DNA of 64,000 nucleotides from a virus. The position numbers and the translations under genes are program-made. Shown here one piece after another: positions 46,813-57,508 of the stretch. Position 1 is the stretch's first letter. The number at the start of each line of letters is the position of its first letter. Where the stretch lies: the IMG/VR virus record IMGVR_UViG_3300030106_005509, positions 1 through 64,000 of that record; one strand, 5' to 3'. The notes below the pieces were generated by a model. That model saw only the letters and a program-made list of their open reading frames with translations, ran no database searches and had not been told where the DNA came from.

Positions 46813-49290
46813 ATGGCTGATTCTTCAAAAGATCTCGGCTTAGTCATGTTTGGAAGCGTTGCTCGCATGACGGAGAGGGAGATATTTCCAAGCGGTGTCA
46901 ATAGGGAATTTGGATACTGGCGAGGAAGTGAAAACAAAAAGATCGTAAATAAGTTTAATAAGCTTTATATGCCTCTTGAGGGTAGCGGTCTGTATTCTGG
47001 TTCTCCTGTTGTAAAAGCTAAAAAAGATACTGCAAGCAATGCTAGTGGATTAAGTTGTGACCCAGAAGGTTGCGCTTGGATGTTTGATGGTTCTGATTGG
47101 TCTTTATATGAAGACCTATGTGGGTTAAGACCTACAGCATACGATGCTACTTGTGGATGCACAGAACCTCCTGAAGGCGGTGGTTTTATGGGCGACATAA
47201 AATCGACTGCATGTGTTGGCGGTGTTGGTGGAGGTGGAGGTTCAACCGCTGATGGAGACTCTGCTGGTGACGGATTTGCTGTATGGCAAAGAGCCGGAGA
47301 CCTCGTAGATATAATTGGTCAAGAGGCTATACAAGAAAGATGTCTATTCCTTTCCCAACGAGCTAATGTAAATCTTGGAAGCGGCGTTAGTCTAGCAAAC
47401 GCAAAAGGGTTTACTGTCTATTCAAAAATACTACCTAGTGGTGATATCAGTGATACAATCATCCTAGCTCAACACAAAGAAAACCCAGCAAAATTCGTTC
47501 TTGGTTGTGACTTTGATGGTAGGTTCTATATTCGTGCCGATGGAAATATAGAAGGTGCAAACACTGCTTTTACTGCTAAGTCAGCAAAGAGTTATCAAGA
47601 ATACAAATATCCTGCGCATGTAGTTGGTGTTTTTGCTTCTGGAGACTCAAAACTAAAGATATATGTAAATGGTATTAATGAGGGCGAGTCTCAGGTATTT
47701 AAAAGAGATCTAAGCGGTGCTGACAATACAGACATTATTTTAGGTAAAAGAGGTTTTGCTATATCTGAACGTGGTTACACGGGATGGGTAGATGAAGTAG
47801 GTATTAGTAGCAAGAGCTTTAGTGACGAAGAAGTTAGTCAGTTTTATAATAGCACTTTTGGCGTTACAGATATTATTAAAAGTTACTCTCCTCCTACAGG
47901 AGCTGCTTTTGACGCTGGATTATTTGCTGCTGACTTTGATGCTAAAGATAAAGACTTCATAGAATTTACCGTAGCTTCTGGTAATAGCGAAGGCGCTCTT
48001 GGTGGAGCTTTTGACCCAAATCTTTGGGGTAATTCTAATTACGCTGTATCTTCTGTGTTAAGTATTAGGATTGAAGAAGCGCCGCCAAACTTCCATCAGT
48101 TAGATACCGTAGCTGTTGATGTGTGGGTTGAAAATGCCACAAACCATCCAAGCGGAGCAAAATTCACAGCAGCGCTAGTGCATAAAGATGCAGAAAAACC
48201 TATCAATACAAGCAGGAGTCTCAATTGGTACGCTAGTGGCGTAATGATTCCTTCTGGAGATAGACAAAAAATAACTTTTGAAGCGCCACTAAATGGGTCG
48301 GATACTTTCTTCCCAGACGGCGCTATCCCTTTCAAAGATGATTTTGGAAAACATAATTTAGACCTTACAGTATTCTATCCAGAGTACGACCATCCATACG
48401 ATGCTGAATTCAAAATATATTCTACCAAAATAAGATATACGTCGTTTGACAGGTATCTTGGATTCAACAACATTGACGGATCTATATTAAATGGAGCGTC
48501 TTTAGGATTAAATAACGGTCAAGACCAACCCCTGTTTGTGGATGGGGGTTTGAAGGCTAAGGCTTCTGGTGATTTGAGACTTACTGTGTTTGCAGACAAA
48601 GCAGCACAGAGTATGCCTTTGGTTTTAAACCAAGATGCTAAAACTAGCATGGGCGATACGGGTCATGGGTATCTAACTGCAAATGGCGCGGTCTTGATAA
48701 ACCAGAATATGAACCTTAGTCTTCTTGGCGCTATTGAAAGAATGACTAAGACGTTGTTTATTGGTGGTAAAGTATTCACCGTAAACAACAACTTAAATTT
48801 GGAAACTAAGGGTGGTGTTAATATATATCCATATATACAAAAAACACTTCCCATCTTAATTGCTACAGAGCCGGGTTCTGGAATTTTTGAAGCTAGCATG
48901 AATCTAGCTCTCCCCAAAGTCAATCCGGCTAAGTTAAATGTTGACTTCCCTCAGTTTATTGAGGGTGAGCGACCAGTTGCAACAATGCCTCTGTATGTAA
49001 AAACAGCAGAGAGTGGAGTTACAACATTCCCGATATCATTATTAGGACCTTCTGTATATAAGAAGAATGAATCTATGAATCTTTATATGCAACCTGATAG
49101 TCCACAATTTTTAGCCAGAGGAAAGAGGCTTTCTGGGTCTCCCACAGTTAAGCAAAATAGTAATTTTGATTTAGTAACAGTAGGTAAAGCTACTTCAAGT
49201 GGAACTATGGATTTAGTGATAACATCCGTAAAGGCTAGTGGTAATTGGAATACAACTTTATACAGTCAAGGTTTTAGAACTACAGATTAG
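46813..49290 (+). CDS. tail-tip protein with LamG/concanavalin-like domain
   Basis: HVVGVF...LKIYVNG...IILG...GWVDEVGI LamG pattern; Cys-rich insert; C-terminal short beta repeats. Confidence 0.7.
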   Translation: MADSSKDLGLVMFGSVARMTEREIFPSGVNREFGYWRGSENKKIVNKFNKLYMPLEGSGLYSGSPVVKAKKDTASNASGLSCDPEGCAWMFDGSDWSLYEDLCGLRPTAYDATCGCTEPPEGGGFMGDIKSTACVGGVGGGGGSTADGDSAGDGFAVWQRAGDLVDIIGQEAIQERCLFLSQRANVNLGSGVSLANAKGFTVYSKILPSGDISDTIILAQHKENPAKFVLGCDFDGRFYIRADGNIEGANTAFTAKSAKSYQEYKYPAHVVGVFASGDSKLKIYVNGINEGESQVFKRDLSGADNTDIILGKRGFAISERGYTGWVDEVGISSKSFSDEEVSQFYNSTFGVTDIIKSYSPPTGAAFDAGLFAADFDAKDKDFIEFTVASGNSEGALGGAFDPNLWGNSNYAVSSVLSIRIEEAPPNFHQLDTVAVDVWVENATNHPSGAKFTAALVHKDAEKPINTSRSLNWYASGVMIPSGDRQKITFEAPLNGSDTFFPDGAIPFKDDFGKHNLDLTVFYPEYDHPYDAEFKIYSTKIRYTSFDRYLGFNNIDGSILNGASLGLNNGQDQPLFVDGGLKAKASGDLRLTVFADKAAQSMPLVLNQDAKTSMGDTGHGYLTANGAVLINQNMNLSLLGAIERMTKTLFIGGKVFTVNNNLNLETKGGVNIYPYIQKTLPILIATEPGSGIFEASMNLALPKVNPAKLNVDFPQFIEGERPVATMPLYVKTAESGVTTFPISLLGPSVYKKNESMNLYMQPDSPQFLARGKRLSGSPTVKQNSNFDLVTVGKATSSGTMDLVITSVKASGNWNTTLYSQGFRTTD

Positions 49291-49298
49291 GTGACAAT

Positions 49299-51236
49299 AT
49301 GCCAGTTTATTTTAGAGGTGACGATCCAGACCAAGATTGTTATTTGACACCAGCTCCTTTTGTAAGTATAGACAAAAATTACGAAAGAGCTGGCGATGGT
49401 CAAATACTTGGAGTTAGATATGTAATAACTTTAGAAGGCAGTATGGTTGCTGATAGAGGATCTCCGTCTACTCATGAAGACGCAACTAATGGATGGTTGA
49501 CAGACAGTGCGGACAAGATCATTAACGATCATGTACATGCCCACTCTTATACTGACATTATGAAAAAGCAGCAGCTTATGAGAAAGCTGTTTTCTAAACG
49601 TAATGAAGGTGGAATTTTATATATATCCGCTCCGTTTACCGGAGGCGCAACAATAAGTTGTCATGTAGAAATAATTGGTGTTAGTTTTCCGCAGCAGCCA
49701 CCGGGACAAGTTCTTGTTCAACCATACAGTATAACATTTGAAACCTCTGCTCTTAGCGGTGCTGGTATAACTGACCCAGACGACATGAGTATCAAACATC
49801 AGCTTGTGTCTGCTGCTTCTGAGAATTGGGATATACAGGAAGATACTGGCAGGAATTTTATAAACCATAAAGATGACGGAGGGTTCAAAAACACATATGG
49901 AACTTACACCGTGACCCATACTATTAGCGCTACCGGCAGAAGAAAATTTAGCAGTGATAATAGAGGAATGCAACCAGAAGCGTTTGGTAGAGACGCTGGA
50001 CGTAGTTCGGAAGACGGATTTTTTAACAGGTTAGATACTGATGGTCAAGCTTGGGAACAGGCTAGAGATTTTTGCCGTAGAAAGTTGATGCATGGTGTTC
50101 ATATTCACAATCCTTCCAGTAGTGATGGAATAGACCTTACAAAATATGGGGCAAATATACCGTGGGAGTTAGATGATGAACACGACCTTACGGGAGCCAC
50201 GATAGATGGTTACTATGCCTTTAACTACACAAAGACGGAATCCATTGGAGAGATGGATGGGACTTTTAGTGTAACCGAGACGTTTGATTTACTTCCACAA
50301 AACACCATAGCTATAGAGACTATGGAGGTACAAAAAGGTAGAGATGCAGGACATGGTAAGTCAACGGTAACAATAACCGGAACTATTGAAGGTGTGAACC
50401 TAGCACCTGTAATAGACGGAAAAATAAAAACAGCAAACTCTACTCATAATTTAGAATCAGCAAAAGCTAATAATAATGGATTTGATAAATTTACCAACGC
50501 AAAGACTAGGCTAGGCCAGATAAAACCAATACTTTACCTTCATGCTAGAGAGTTTACTGGCGATACAGGAATATTGCCAACACCAGTTTCAAGCAACATA
50601 TCAAGAAATCCATCAGCTGGAATTATAAATTACAGTTATACCTTTGAGAATAGAAAATATTATATACCATTTTGCCGGGCAGAAACCGTTACATTAAATG
50701 ACACTTATCCGGGACATATAATTGCTCAACATCAAGTCATAGGACGAAAGACTGGACCTGTACTGCAAGATATAGGCACTCAAGGGCCTTGGAAAAGAAA
50801 CATGTCTATAACTTGCGTTGTCGATGTTGATAGTCAAAAATTTTGCGTAGACTCTGGCGGCGATAGAACTTTGCATGAAAATAAAACAGACTGTGAGGCA
50901 ATATCAGGAAACACTTGGGCTACAAATCCAAACTACATAGCAACTGATTATAGTGATGCAAATACTAAAAAACCAAGCATGGTTGATACGGCGGTAGTAG
51001 GCACGTTAAGTCAAAGAACCGCTATAAGAAATGTAGTAAATACATTTAAACCTGACAGTGCTTCTGCAAGAGCTATTTTTGCAGACACAGCACCTACAGA
51101 AACTTGGGACCCTCAAAGTGGATCTTGGAGTTATAGTATTGGATGGACTTATGAGTTAGCAGAAAGTTACATCTGCAATGAAGATGTAGATAATATAACT
51201 GGTGGTGACAACAATTATCCGGGAACACCTAAGTAG
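49299..51236 (+). CDS. tail-tip (distal tail-like) protein
   Basis: 645-aa beta-rich protein downstream of TMP; function from position only. Confidence 0.5.
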   Translation: MPVYFRGDDPDQDCYLTPAPFVSIDKNYERAGDGQILGVRYVITLEGSMVADRGSPSTHEDATNGWLTDSADKIINDHVHAHSYTDIMKKQQLMRKLFSKRNEGGILYISAPFTGGATISCHVEIIGVSFPQQPPGQVLVQPYSITFETSALSGAGITDPDDMSIKHQLVSAASENWDIQEDTGRNFINHKDDGGFKNTYGTYTVTHTISATGRRKFSSDNRGMQPEAFGRDAGRSSEDGFFNRLDTDGQAWEQARDFCRRKLMHGVHIHNPSSSDGIDLTKYGANIPWELDDEHDLTGATIDGYYAFNYTKTESIGEMDGTFSVTETFDLLPQNTIAIETMEVQKGRDAGHGKSTVTITGTIEGVNLAPVIDGKIKTANSTHNLESAKANNNGFDKFTNAKTRLGQIKPILYLHAREFTGDTGILPTPVSSNISRNPSAGIINYSYTFENRKYYIPFCRAETVTLNDTYPGHIIAQHQVIGRKTGPVLQDIGTQGPWKRNMSITCVVDVDSQKFCVDSGGDRTLHENKTDCEAISGNTWATNPNYIATDYSDANTKKPSMVDTAVVGTLSQRTAIRNVVNTFKPDSASARAIFADTAPTETWDPQSGSWSYSIGWTYELAESYICNEDVDNITGGDNNYPGTPK

Positions 51237-51245
51237 GGGTAAACA

Positions 51246-54200
51246 ATGCCAATAAATTCATCTTATGATAAAGAATATCTGTTTCAACAGACTTTTCTGG
51301 GTGCATCTATAAAAAGCTGGAACACAAGTATTGGGTTCAACAGTAACAGTACCACCATGAATATTATATTGGTAGAAGATCAATTTTTCTACAGGGGTGC
51401 TAACGCTGTAGATGAAGGATACCATATCTGGGATGAAGATGGCTTTCCAGATGGAGCAGACAAAAATTACACAGCAACCGGAGACAAATTTTTCGCACCT
51501 GTGACCGGTGAGCCTGCTTACTTCACATATTATAAATCATCTGTTCCTAGCTGTGGAGCTTGTTATGACACAAGCGTTGGAAAGAAAGACGACATTCTTT
51601 CTAACTATACAGAAAAAAGCGGAAACGAAAGCGAAGCTGATTGTAAAGCTGCTGGTTTTACTTGGATTAAACCGTCTAACTCAAAGAAGGCAAAGCAAAA
51701 AGAAAGAGGGATAATAACAGAAGTATTTGAGTTTAACGGAATAGTAAGCTCATATAAAAAATACAGTGGAACTGACGGTGTTAGATATGAAGTTATTTTA
51801 GAAGATCCAAGAAAGATGCTTGAAGGTTCTCAAGTTATTTTGGGTGGCTATGCAGGAACCACACCCCCTCCAGACAGATCTTTTGGAATGATAGATAAGT
51901 TTGACGATGGAGACTATTCTAATGTAAGAACTCTAAGCAATGGCTATATGGGTTATTACAACATAATAAACGCCTTTGGTTACTATGAGCATTTTAACTT
52001 TGGAACAGCTTTAACAAATGCAAATGGCTTCTTGTGGAGAAGAGCATTAGACGCATGTCAAAAAATATTGCAGGGAAAATATGATATAGTTGGAGGCGCG
52101 GACTTAGAGAGAATGGGTGGTCCTCTCTATTACATGAGAGATACAAGAAGCGCCCAACAAATAAAAGCCAGTGAACCTATTGATGTTCATAGGTATAAAG
52201 TTGATTTGTCAGAACTAGATAATCTCAGTGACACTAATGGCGGCTTGCTTCCTGACCTGTATAGATTGCAAGGACAAAAAGCCTCATTGCTATCAATAGT
52301 ACAAACTATATGTGAAACAGCAGGCGCTGACTTCTTTGTTAAGCTTGACAAAACTACAGCTAGAACTAAAAAAGATGATGATAGAGAATATTCCGGCGTT
52401 GTTAAAATTGTGCCGCTTCCTAAGAACGCTCCGATTGAATACGGAAAGATTAGAAAAGTAATAGAAGAAGCTCACACAGATGAAGCTTGTGGGGCGACTG
52501 CTACACACCCTTGGGCAAATAGAATATCCAGCGAAAGCATGGGTTATGAATTTAGAGACCCTCTCTGTGGCGTAATGATGCTTGGTGACAAAAGAACAAA
52601 AGTTGCTGGCGTTACCGCTATGGGTTGGTTTCCATCTATTAATGGGGGTATGATTCGTGAAAGATTTGCTGTTGGTTCTGACAAGCTAAAAGAAATGCTT
52701 CCTGCTGTAGAGCATGACGGAGTAACCTTTGCTAATCCCGGATGGTATCATCCATTCAATCTTCCATACACAAAAGGCTTAAGTGCAGATCAAGTTGGAT
52801 TAGGCGTTCTACCTCCCGCTGCAAATATACCTTACTCTCCAGCTCCTGCGTCAAATGATGACTATATTGCTTGGGGCAAAGCTTTAGTGCCGGACATGCA
52901 TACTGACACTGGTGCTGCAAATTTAGCAGGACCTTTAGCTCCGGGAACTAAAGCTTCATTTCAACCTTCAGGAGCTTGGGGTGATGGACTATTAGATATA
53001 TTTCCTTGTTGGGGTTTTCTAAAAGGCATTGACAGGATGCAAGGACCTTTTGCAAATATAAACTTGCTACAGTTAAAAGCTGAAGGTATTCCAATCAAAG
53101 GGGGATTTGCTGACGACAATGTTTACAATGATTATGATACTAATGAAGGAATATTTACTATATTTGAATACTATAATCCGTATTCTTCAGTTCCTATATT
53201 TGGAAAAAGTAAAACTATTACTTCTGTTGGTGGCGTTAGTCAGTTAGTAAAAAATCATTTAGTTTACAGTGTGTCAACGGCTCTAGAATTTAATGAAGAC
53301 CAAGCACTTAGGCGAGCTATGAGACAGCCAAAATGCTTTGTAGGCCCCGGAGGGATTGCAAACGCACCCTGTTGGCAAGACGACGTTTTACCCGGCTCAC
53401 CAATCCCTGTTGAATACCCTGTATGCAAATCAAATCCTTATCATGCAGCTTGCTACACCCACGGAAAACCGGGACCAACTTACAGATATAAGCTAATAAA
53501 TCAAAAGTGGGACAATAGAAGTACTATATATGTAAACCCAGATTGCGTTTGTAAAGAGAGAGATCTTATAAATGGAGATTGGGAACACAAGCATTGTCAT
53601 GCTGATTATACAGAAGACAAAAACGGAGTTAAAACGGCGCTTCCTAAAGACCAACAAACGACAGCTGGTGATTACTATAAGCTGGGAGGAAGTAATTCAA
53701 AGCTCGCTAGATTTTGTTTTGAAAATCCTGTTTACCAAGTTCCAAGAATCCAAGGCGGAAAAGCTATGGTTCAGGCAGTTAAAAATCCTGAAGTTTATAA
53801 AGGCTGGTTGAAATCTTGGGACTGGTACATACCTGCTGTAAATGTTATTCCCATTGATTTAGCAGGAACAGGTTGGACTGGAGGACCAATAGGATCAAAT
53901 GGAAACTACTCTCATTTCTACTACACTACAGTAACAGCTTTAAGGGCAGCTATAAAAGGTTACAAAGACTGGTTTGAATATACAACAATTTTTGAGCCTT
54001 GGCTTCATTGTAAATTTAATCTAGACAGCTGTCCGATGACCTTAGAGATGGATATTGAAAATCACAACAGAAATGATTTAAGTGGAGGTATACAAGCGGA
54101 ACTTTTTCAAGACCCAGAGACAGGTAAGGAAACAGCCGGAGACATAACATACGGAACAGGATATGTTGTCCATAGTTTCAATAGATGGCTTGGACAAAAC

Positions 54201-55661
54201 AGGACGGGAGTTCATAAAGATGCTAATGCCGGAACAGATGGCAGGTTTAAGGAAGTAGAGCTAAAAAACGAACAAGCCCAACCTTTTGGAATCCCGGTTC
54301 TTCAGGGTCATTCAATTCAACAAAATAGTTTACTTGACGAGGTATTTAAGAGAGTCAAGAGAGTTGCAGATGAGTTTTACGGCAAGAAGTACTTAGTGCC
54401 TTTACCCTTCACACCTAATGAAGTTGAGCAACACCTCAGACAAGTATCTGACGAAGCTTTTGAATTTGAAAGTTCTTGGGAGCCTACTTCTGAAGGAGGA
54501 TGGGTTGATGTTGATATATCAACTCCAGAAATAGGAAAAAGATACCCTCAAAATGCTAGCTTCTTTAGTCAAAATGGAAAGTTGCTTCCTTTTGCTGTGT
54601 TCCCAACACATCATATGCAAGTTATGAATAAAAAACTTACCTCTATTAAAGTGGATGGTAAACTTCCCTCCGCTGGAGATCCAAGAGAAATACATGTCAC
54701 CACTAACCATCCCGGAAATAGTTTAGGTGGGGGAAGCGTAGGAAAAACATACATAAAAACATCAGTAGATTCTCAAGTATACTGGCTTTGGAATCCTACA
54801 ACATATGCAATACAAACAGGAAGAGCTACAAGTGGAAGCTTAAAACCTTACGCTTTAATAACACTAAACAAACATGTAGATTGCGGCATATTTGATGTTG
54901 CTGCATATCCATCTATAGTTAGCAAAAGAGACTACATAGGTCTAGGTTATGCAACCAATTTTCAACCGCTTCTTACAGAACCTCAAGATGTGGTCAACAC
55001 AAACAGGACTATCATAAAATGGTCTGATTGGTTTCATGTCGGTGGTGAAAATCAAGACGATGGAAAAAATATGTTTGGATCTGATGCTAACCACCCGTAC
55101 AGTAAAAGTAAGGGGTGGGTAATTGGTGACTATGAAACTGAAGGCACAGGAAGATTTGGGTTGGCTCCTGCTAGGATGAAACCTTGGACAGCAGCTGTAC
55201 CTCTAAAAAGCAATAGATACAGATGGGGACCTTGGGCTGAGGGAAGAGGCTTTGGTAAAGCAGAACTAGAAATTGATAGTACCTTTGCTCCAGAGAATTT
55301 TGGTGGTTTTGATTTGATGGAACAAGCTGCAATCGCAAAATTGCAAGCGGCTGTAGAACCTGCTGGAGCTGCAAATGGTGTTGCTATCGAATCTGGTTCT
55401 GTAAGTTTAGCTGGACTTCCCACTATAGGAACAGATGTGAAAGAACCCACTATCACAGGCTTGCAGCTTTTTGACACAGGTCCTTATATATCAGATGTTT
55501 CTATAGACATAGGAGCAAACGGCGTAAGAACTACATACAATATGAAGACACAAAGAAAAGCACATAAGCTAAACGAAATATATGAAAATAGAATGAGGAA
55601 AAATGCTCAAGACTTTATGAAGCTTTCTCACGAAATAATACAAGGTTATAATCCAAGGTAA
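51246..55661 (+). CDS. large tail-tip/hub protein
   Basis: 1471 aa; FLGASI...FNGIV...LEDPR and LLSIVQTICETAGADF hub-like segments; Cys-rich inserts. Confidence 0.55.
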   Translation: MPINSSYDKEYLFQQTFLGASIKSWNTSIGFNSNSTTMNIILVEDQFFYRGANAVDEGYHIWDEDGFPDGADKNYTATGDKFFAPVTGEPAYFTYYKSSVPSCGACYDTSVGKKDDILSNYTEKSGNESEADCKAAGFTWIKPSNSKKAKQKERGIITEVFEFNGIVSSYKKYSGTDGVRYEVILEDPRKMLEGSQVILGGYAGTTPPPDRSFGMIDKFDDGDYSNVRTLSNGYMGYYNIINAFGYYEHFNFGTALTNANGFLWRRALDACQKILQGKYDIVGGADLERMGGPLYYMRDTRSAQQIKASEPIDVHRYKVDLSELDNLSDTNGGLLPDLYRLQGQKASLLSIVQTICETAGADFFVKLDKTTARTKKDDDREYSGVVKIVPLPKNAPIEYGKIRKVIEEAHTDEACGATATHPWANRISSESMGYEFRDPLCGVMMLGDKRTKVAGVTAMGWFPSINGGMIRERFAVGSDKLKEMLPAVEHDGVTFANPGWYHPFNLPYTKGLSADQVGLGVLPPAANIPYSPAPASNDDYIAWGKALVPDMHTDTGAANLAGPLAPGTKASFQPSGAWGDGLLDIFPCWGFLKGIDRMQGPFANINLLQLKAEGIPIKGGFADDNVYNDYDTNEGIFTIFEYYNPYSSVPIFGKSKTITSVGGVSQLVKNHLVYSVSTALEFNEDQALRRAMRQPKCFVGPGGIANAPCWQDDVLPGSPIPVEYPVCKSNPYHAACYTHGKPGPTYRYKLINQKWDNRSTIYVNPDCVCKERDLINGDWEHKHCHADYTEDKNGVKTALPKDQQTTAGDYYKLGGSNSKLARFCFENPVYQVPRIQGGKAMVQAVKNPEVYKGWLKSWDWYIPAVNVIPIDLAGTGWTGGPIGSNGNYSHFYYTTVTALRAAIKGYKDWFEYTTIFEPWLHCKFNLDSCPMTLEMDIENHNRNDLSGGIQAELFQDPETGKETAGDITYGTGYVVHSFNRWLGQNRTGVHKDANAGTDGRFKEVELKNEQAQPFGIPVLQGHSIQQNSLLDEVFKRVKRVADEFYGKKYLVPLPFTPNEVEQHLRQVSDEAFEFESSWEPTSEGGWVDVDISTPEIGKRYPQNASFFSQNGKLLPFAVFPTHHMQVMNKKLTSIKVDGKLPSAGDPREIHVTTNHPGNSLGGGSVGKTYIKTSVDSQVYWLWNPTTYAIQTGRATSGSLKPYALITLNKHVDCGIFDVAAYPSIVSKRDYIGLGYATNFQPLLTEPQDVVNTNRTIIKWSDWFHVGGENQDDGKNMFGSDANHPYSKSKGWVIGDYETEGTGRFGLAPARMKPWTAAVPLKSNRYRWGPWAEGRGFGKAELEIDSTFAPENFGGFDLMEQAAIAKLQAAVEPAGAANGVAIESGSVSLAGLPTIGTDVKEPTITGLQLFDTGPYISDVSIDIGANGVRTTYNMKTQRKAHKLNEIYENRMRKNAQDFMKLSHEIIQGYNPR

Positions 55662-55665
55662 AAAC

Positions 55666-57498
55666 ATGAGTGCAGATTCAGATAGAGAAAGAAGAAGTCA
55701 AGAAGACAAGCAGACTGTAGAGAGTCAAGTTAAAGATATTCTGCAAAAGGGTCTTGAGGGTAAGCATCAAAATTATGGAGCGGCACTGTTCACCGGCTCG
55801 CTTACAGAAGCAGACGCTTCACCAGTTGCAGCAAAGAACAATGACGGAATTGACTTGATTCCTGTAGATGCTACCTTTCCAAACGGTTTTGCAACAAATA
55901 TGTCCTACGCTTCGGTGGGAACTACAGACACAAATTCTTACGTTAAAAAAATGCAAACCGGCAAACGCAATGCTGGTAGCGGTGGATTTACTGACAAGCA
56001 AACTTGGCAATCAACTGCGGCTATGAGTCAAGACGGGTTATTACTGCCTTTCTCAACAACTTTCGTTCAGAGAAACCCAGCAGGTATTCTAGCGGAGCTT
56101 GCTAAGCCTGAACAAGAAGGAAGACCAAGCACTATAGACGGAAGACTTCCTCCCTATGAGTTTCCTACGACGTTAATAGACGGTGGAGATATAACTAACG
56201 GGGTGGTAACATCTTTAACTTTGAATCCTTTTGCTCAAGGTCATAGTATAACAAAAGTTAACAGAGGTGAAACACCCGGAAACATAGATGTTAGAAATGC
56301 TTCTGGTGGTGGCGGTAGTGAATTACCACTAGGTCAAGGTCAGAGTTTTCCTAAAAATGCTTCTAGACCAATGTCACTTAGAGGTCCTTTAGTTTTAACT
56401 GGTTGGGGATACGATACGGAAGGCAAACCAACACCTAACTTCAAAAAAGAAGCAGGCCAAAGAGATGCTACGCCTAGATCTCCCACTTTTGGTAAAGCTA
56501 TAGTACCCGGTTTTTTAGATAAACCTAAACAAGACAAACACTTTCTAACAGGTCATATGGCAACAATAGACCGTTGGAAAACAGGTCCTGTAGATCTTAG
56601 GTGGGACAGAACTAGAAAAGTATGGGTATCTCCCGGAACAAATAAAGTTTATCTATGTAAAGCTACTAGATGTATTTTGCCTACATCTGGACCTGATGGT
56701 CTTAATTCATTTAATTTTGGTGTAAATAATGTAGTAGGTGGTCTTAGACAGTATGGAAATCCATGTCCTAATAAAGCATGTAGGTATGATACATACTTCC
56801 CAAAAAGTGAACAGTATCCTGATATTGAAATATATGACCCTGAAGACAAGCAGTGGTGTGGTAACTGTCAAGTAAAAGATACGGTCAATGGTCCTCGTGT
56901 TCATTGTGAGGATCCTAGCACGGGGTGTGTGCCTTTTTATGATGCTGTTGTTATTAGGTCAATGGCTCACATAACATCTGGAAAAAATGTAAAGTCAGAT
57001 TGTGGGGATAAATTCAAAAGAACGCAATCTTCCGATCCTTACAGTAAAAGAATGGGCAATCCATGTCATGGATGGGGTTCTAGCTATGATGGCAAGTTGC
57101 AATATCTAGCAGATAAAGTTGTTGGACCAAATAAAGAATATCAAGAAGAAGCTTACGACATTTTATACGAAAGAATTCTAATAGAGAATCCTTTAAGTCA
57201 AGGACTTATGCTTGGAGACTCATTCCTGAGTTATGATACAGGTAGAAGAATAACACTCACATACACAAGAACTGATGGAGATGGTTGTGGAAAGGGTGGA
57301 AACCCAGTAACTGTGACGGAGAGTTTGCCTGTGCATGTTATACTACAAGCTGAGTTTGTCGGTGTAGAATTAGTCACAGACGCTCACTGTGAAGCTGGCG
57401 AGATGGGTGCTTGTACAAGAAAGATCATGGCTCAAGGTATGGTAACTTCTAAGGACTGTGGTCCTGATGAAGACTTACCTGCGAGTACAGTTAGTTAA
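55666..57498 (+). CDS. tail-tip associated protein, Cys-rich C half
   Basis: LRGPLVLTGWGYDTEGKP...WKTGPVDLRWD; many Cys in the C-terminal half. Confidence 0.6.
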   Translation: MSADSDRERRSQEDKQTVESQVKDILQKGLEGKHQNYGAALFTGSLTEADASPVAAKNNDGIDLIPVDATFPNGFATNMSYASVGTTDTNSYVKKMQTGKRNAGSGGFTDKQTWQSTAAMSQDGLLLPFSTTFVQRNPAGILAELAKPEQEGRPSTIDGRLPPYEFPTTLIDGGDITNGVVTSLTLNPFAQGHSITKVNRGETPGNIDVRNASGGGGSELPLGQGQSFPKNASRPMSLRGPLVLTGWGYDTEGKPTPNFKKEAGQRDATPRSPTFGKAIVPGFLDKPKQDKHFLTGHMATIDRWKTGPVDLRWDRTRKVWVSPGTNKVYLCKATRCILPTSGPDGLNSFNFGVNNVVGGLRQYGNPCPNKACRYDTYFPKSEQYPDIEIYDPEDKQWCGNCQVKDTVNGPRVHCEDPSTGCVPFYDAVVIRSMAHITSGKNVKSDCGDKFKRTQSSDPYSKRMGNPCHGWGSSYDGKLQYLADKVVGPNKEYQEEAYDILYERILIENPLSQGLMLGDSFLSYDTGRRITLTYTRTDGDGCGKGGNPVTVTESLPVHVILQAEFVGVELVTDAHCEAGEMGACTRKIMAQGMVTSKDCGPDEDLPASTVS

Positions 57499-57508
57499 AG
57501 GTAAATAG

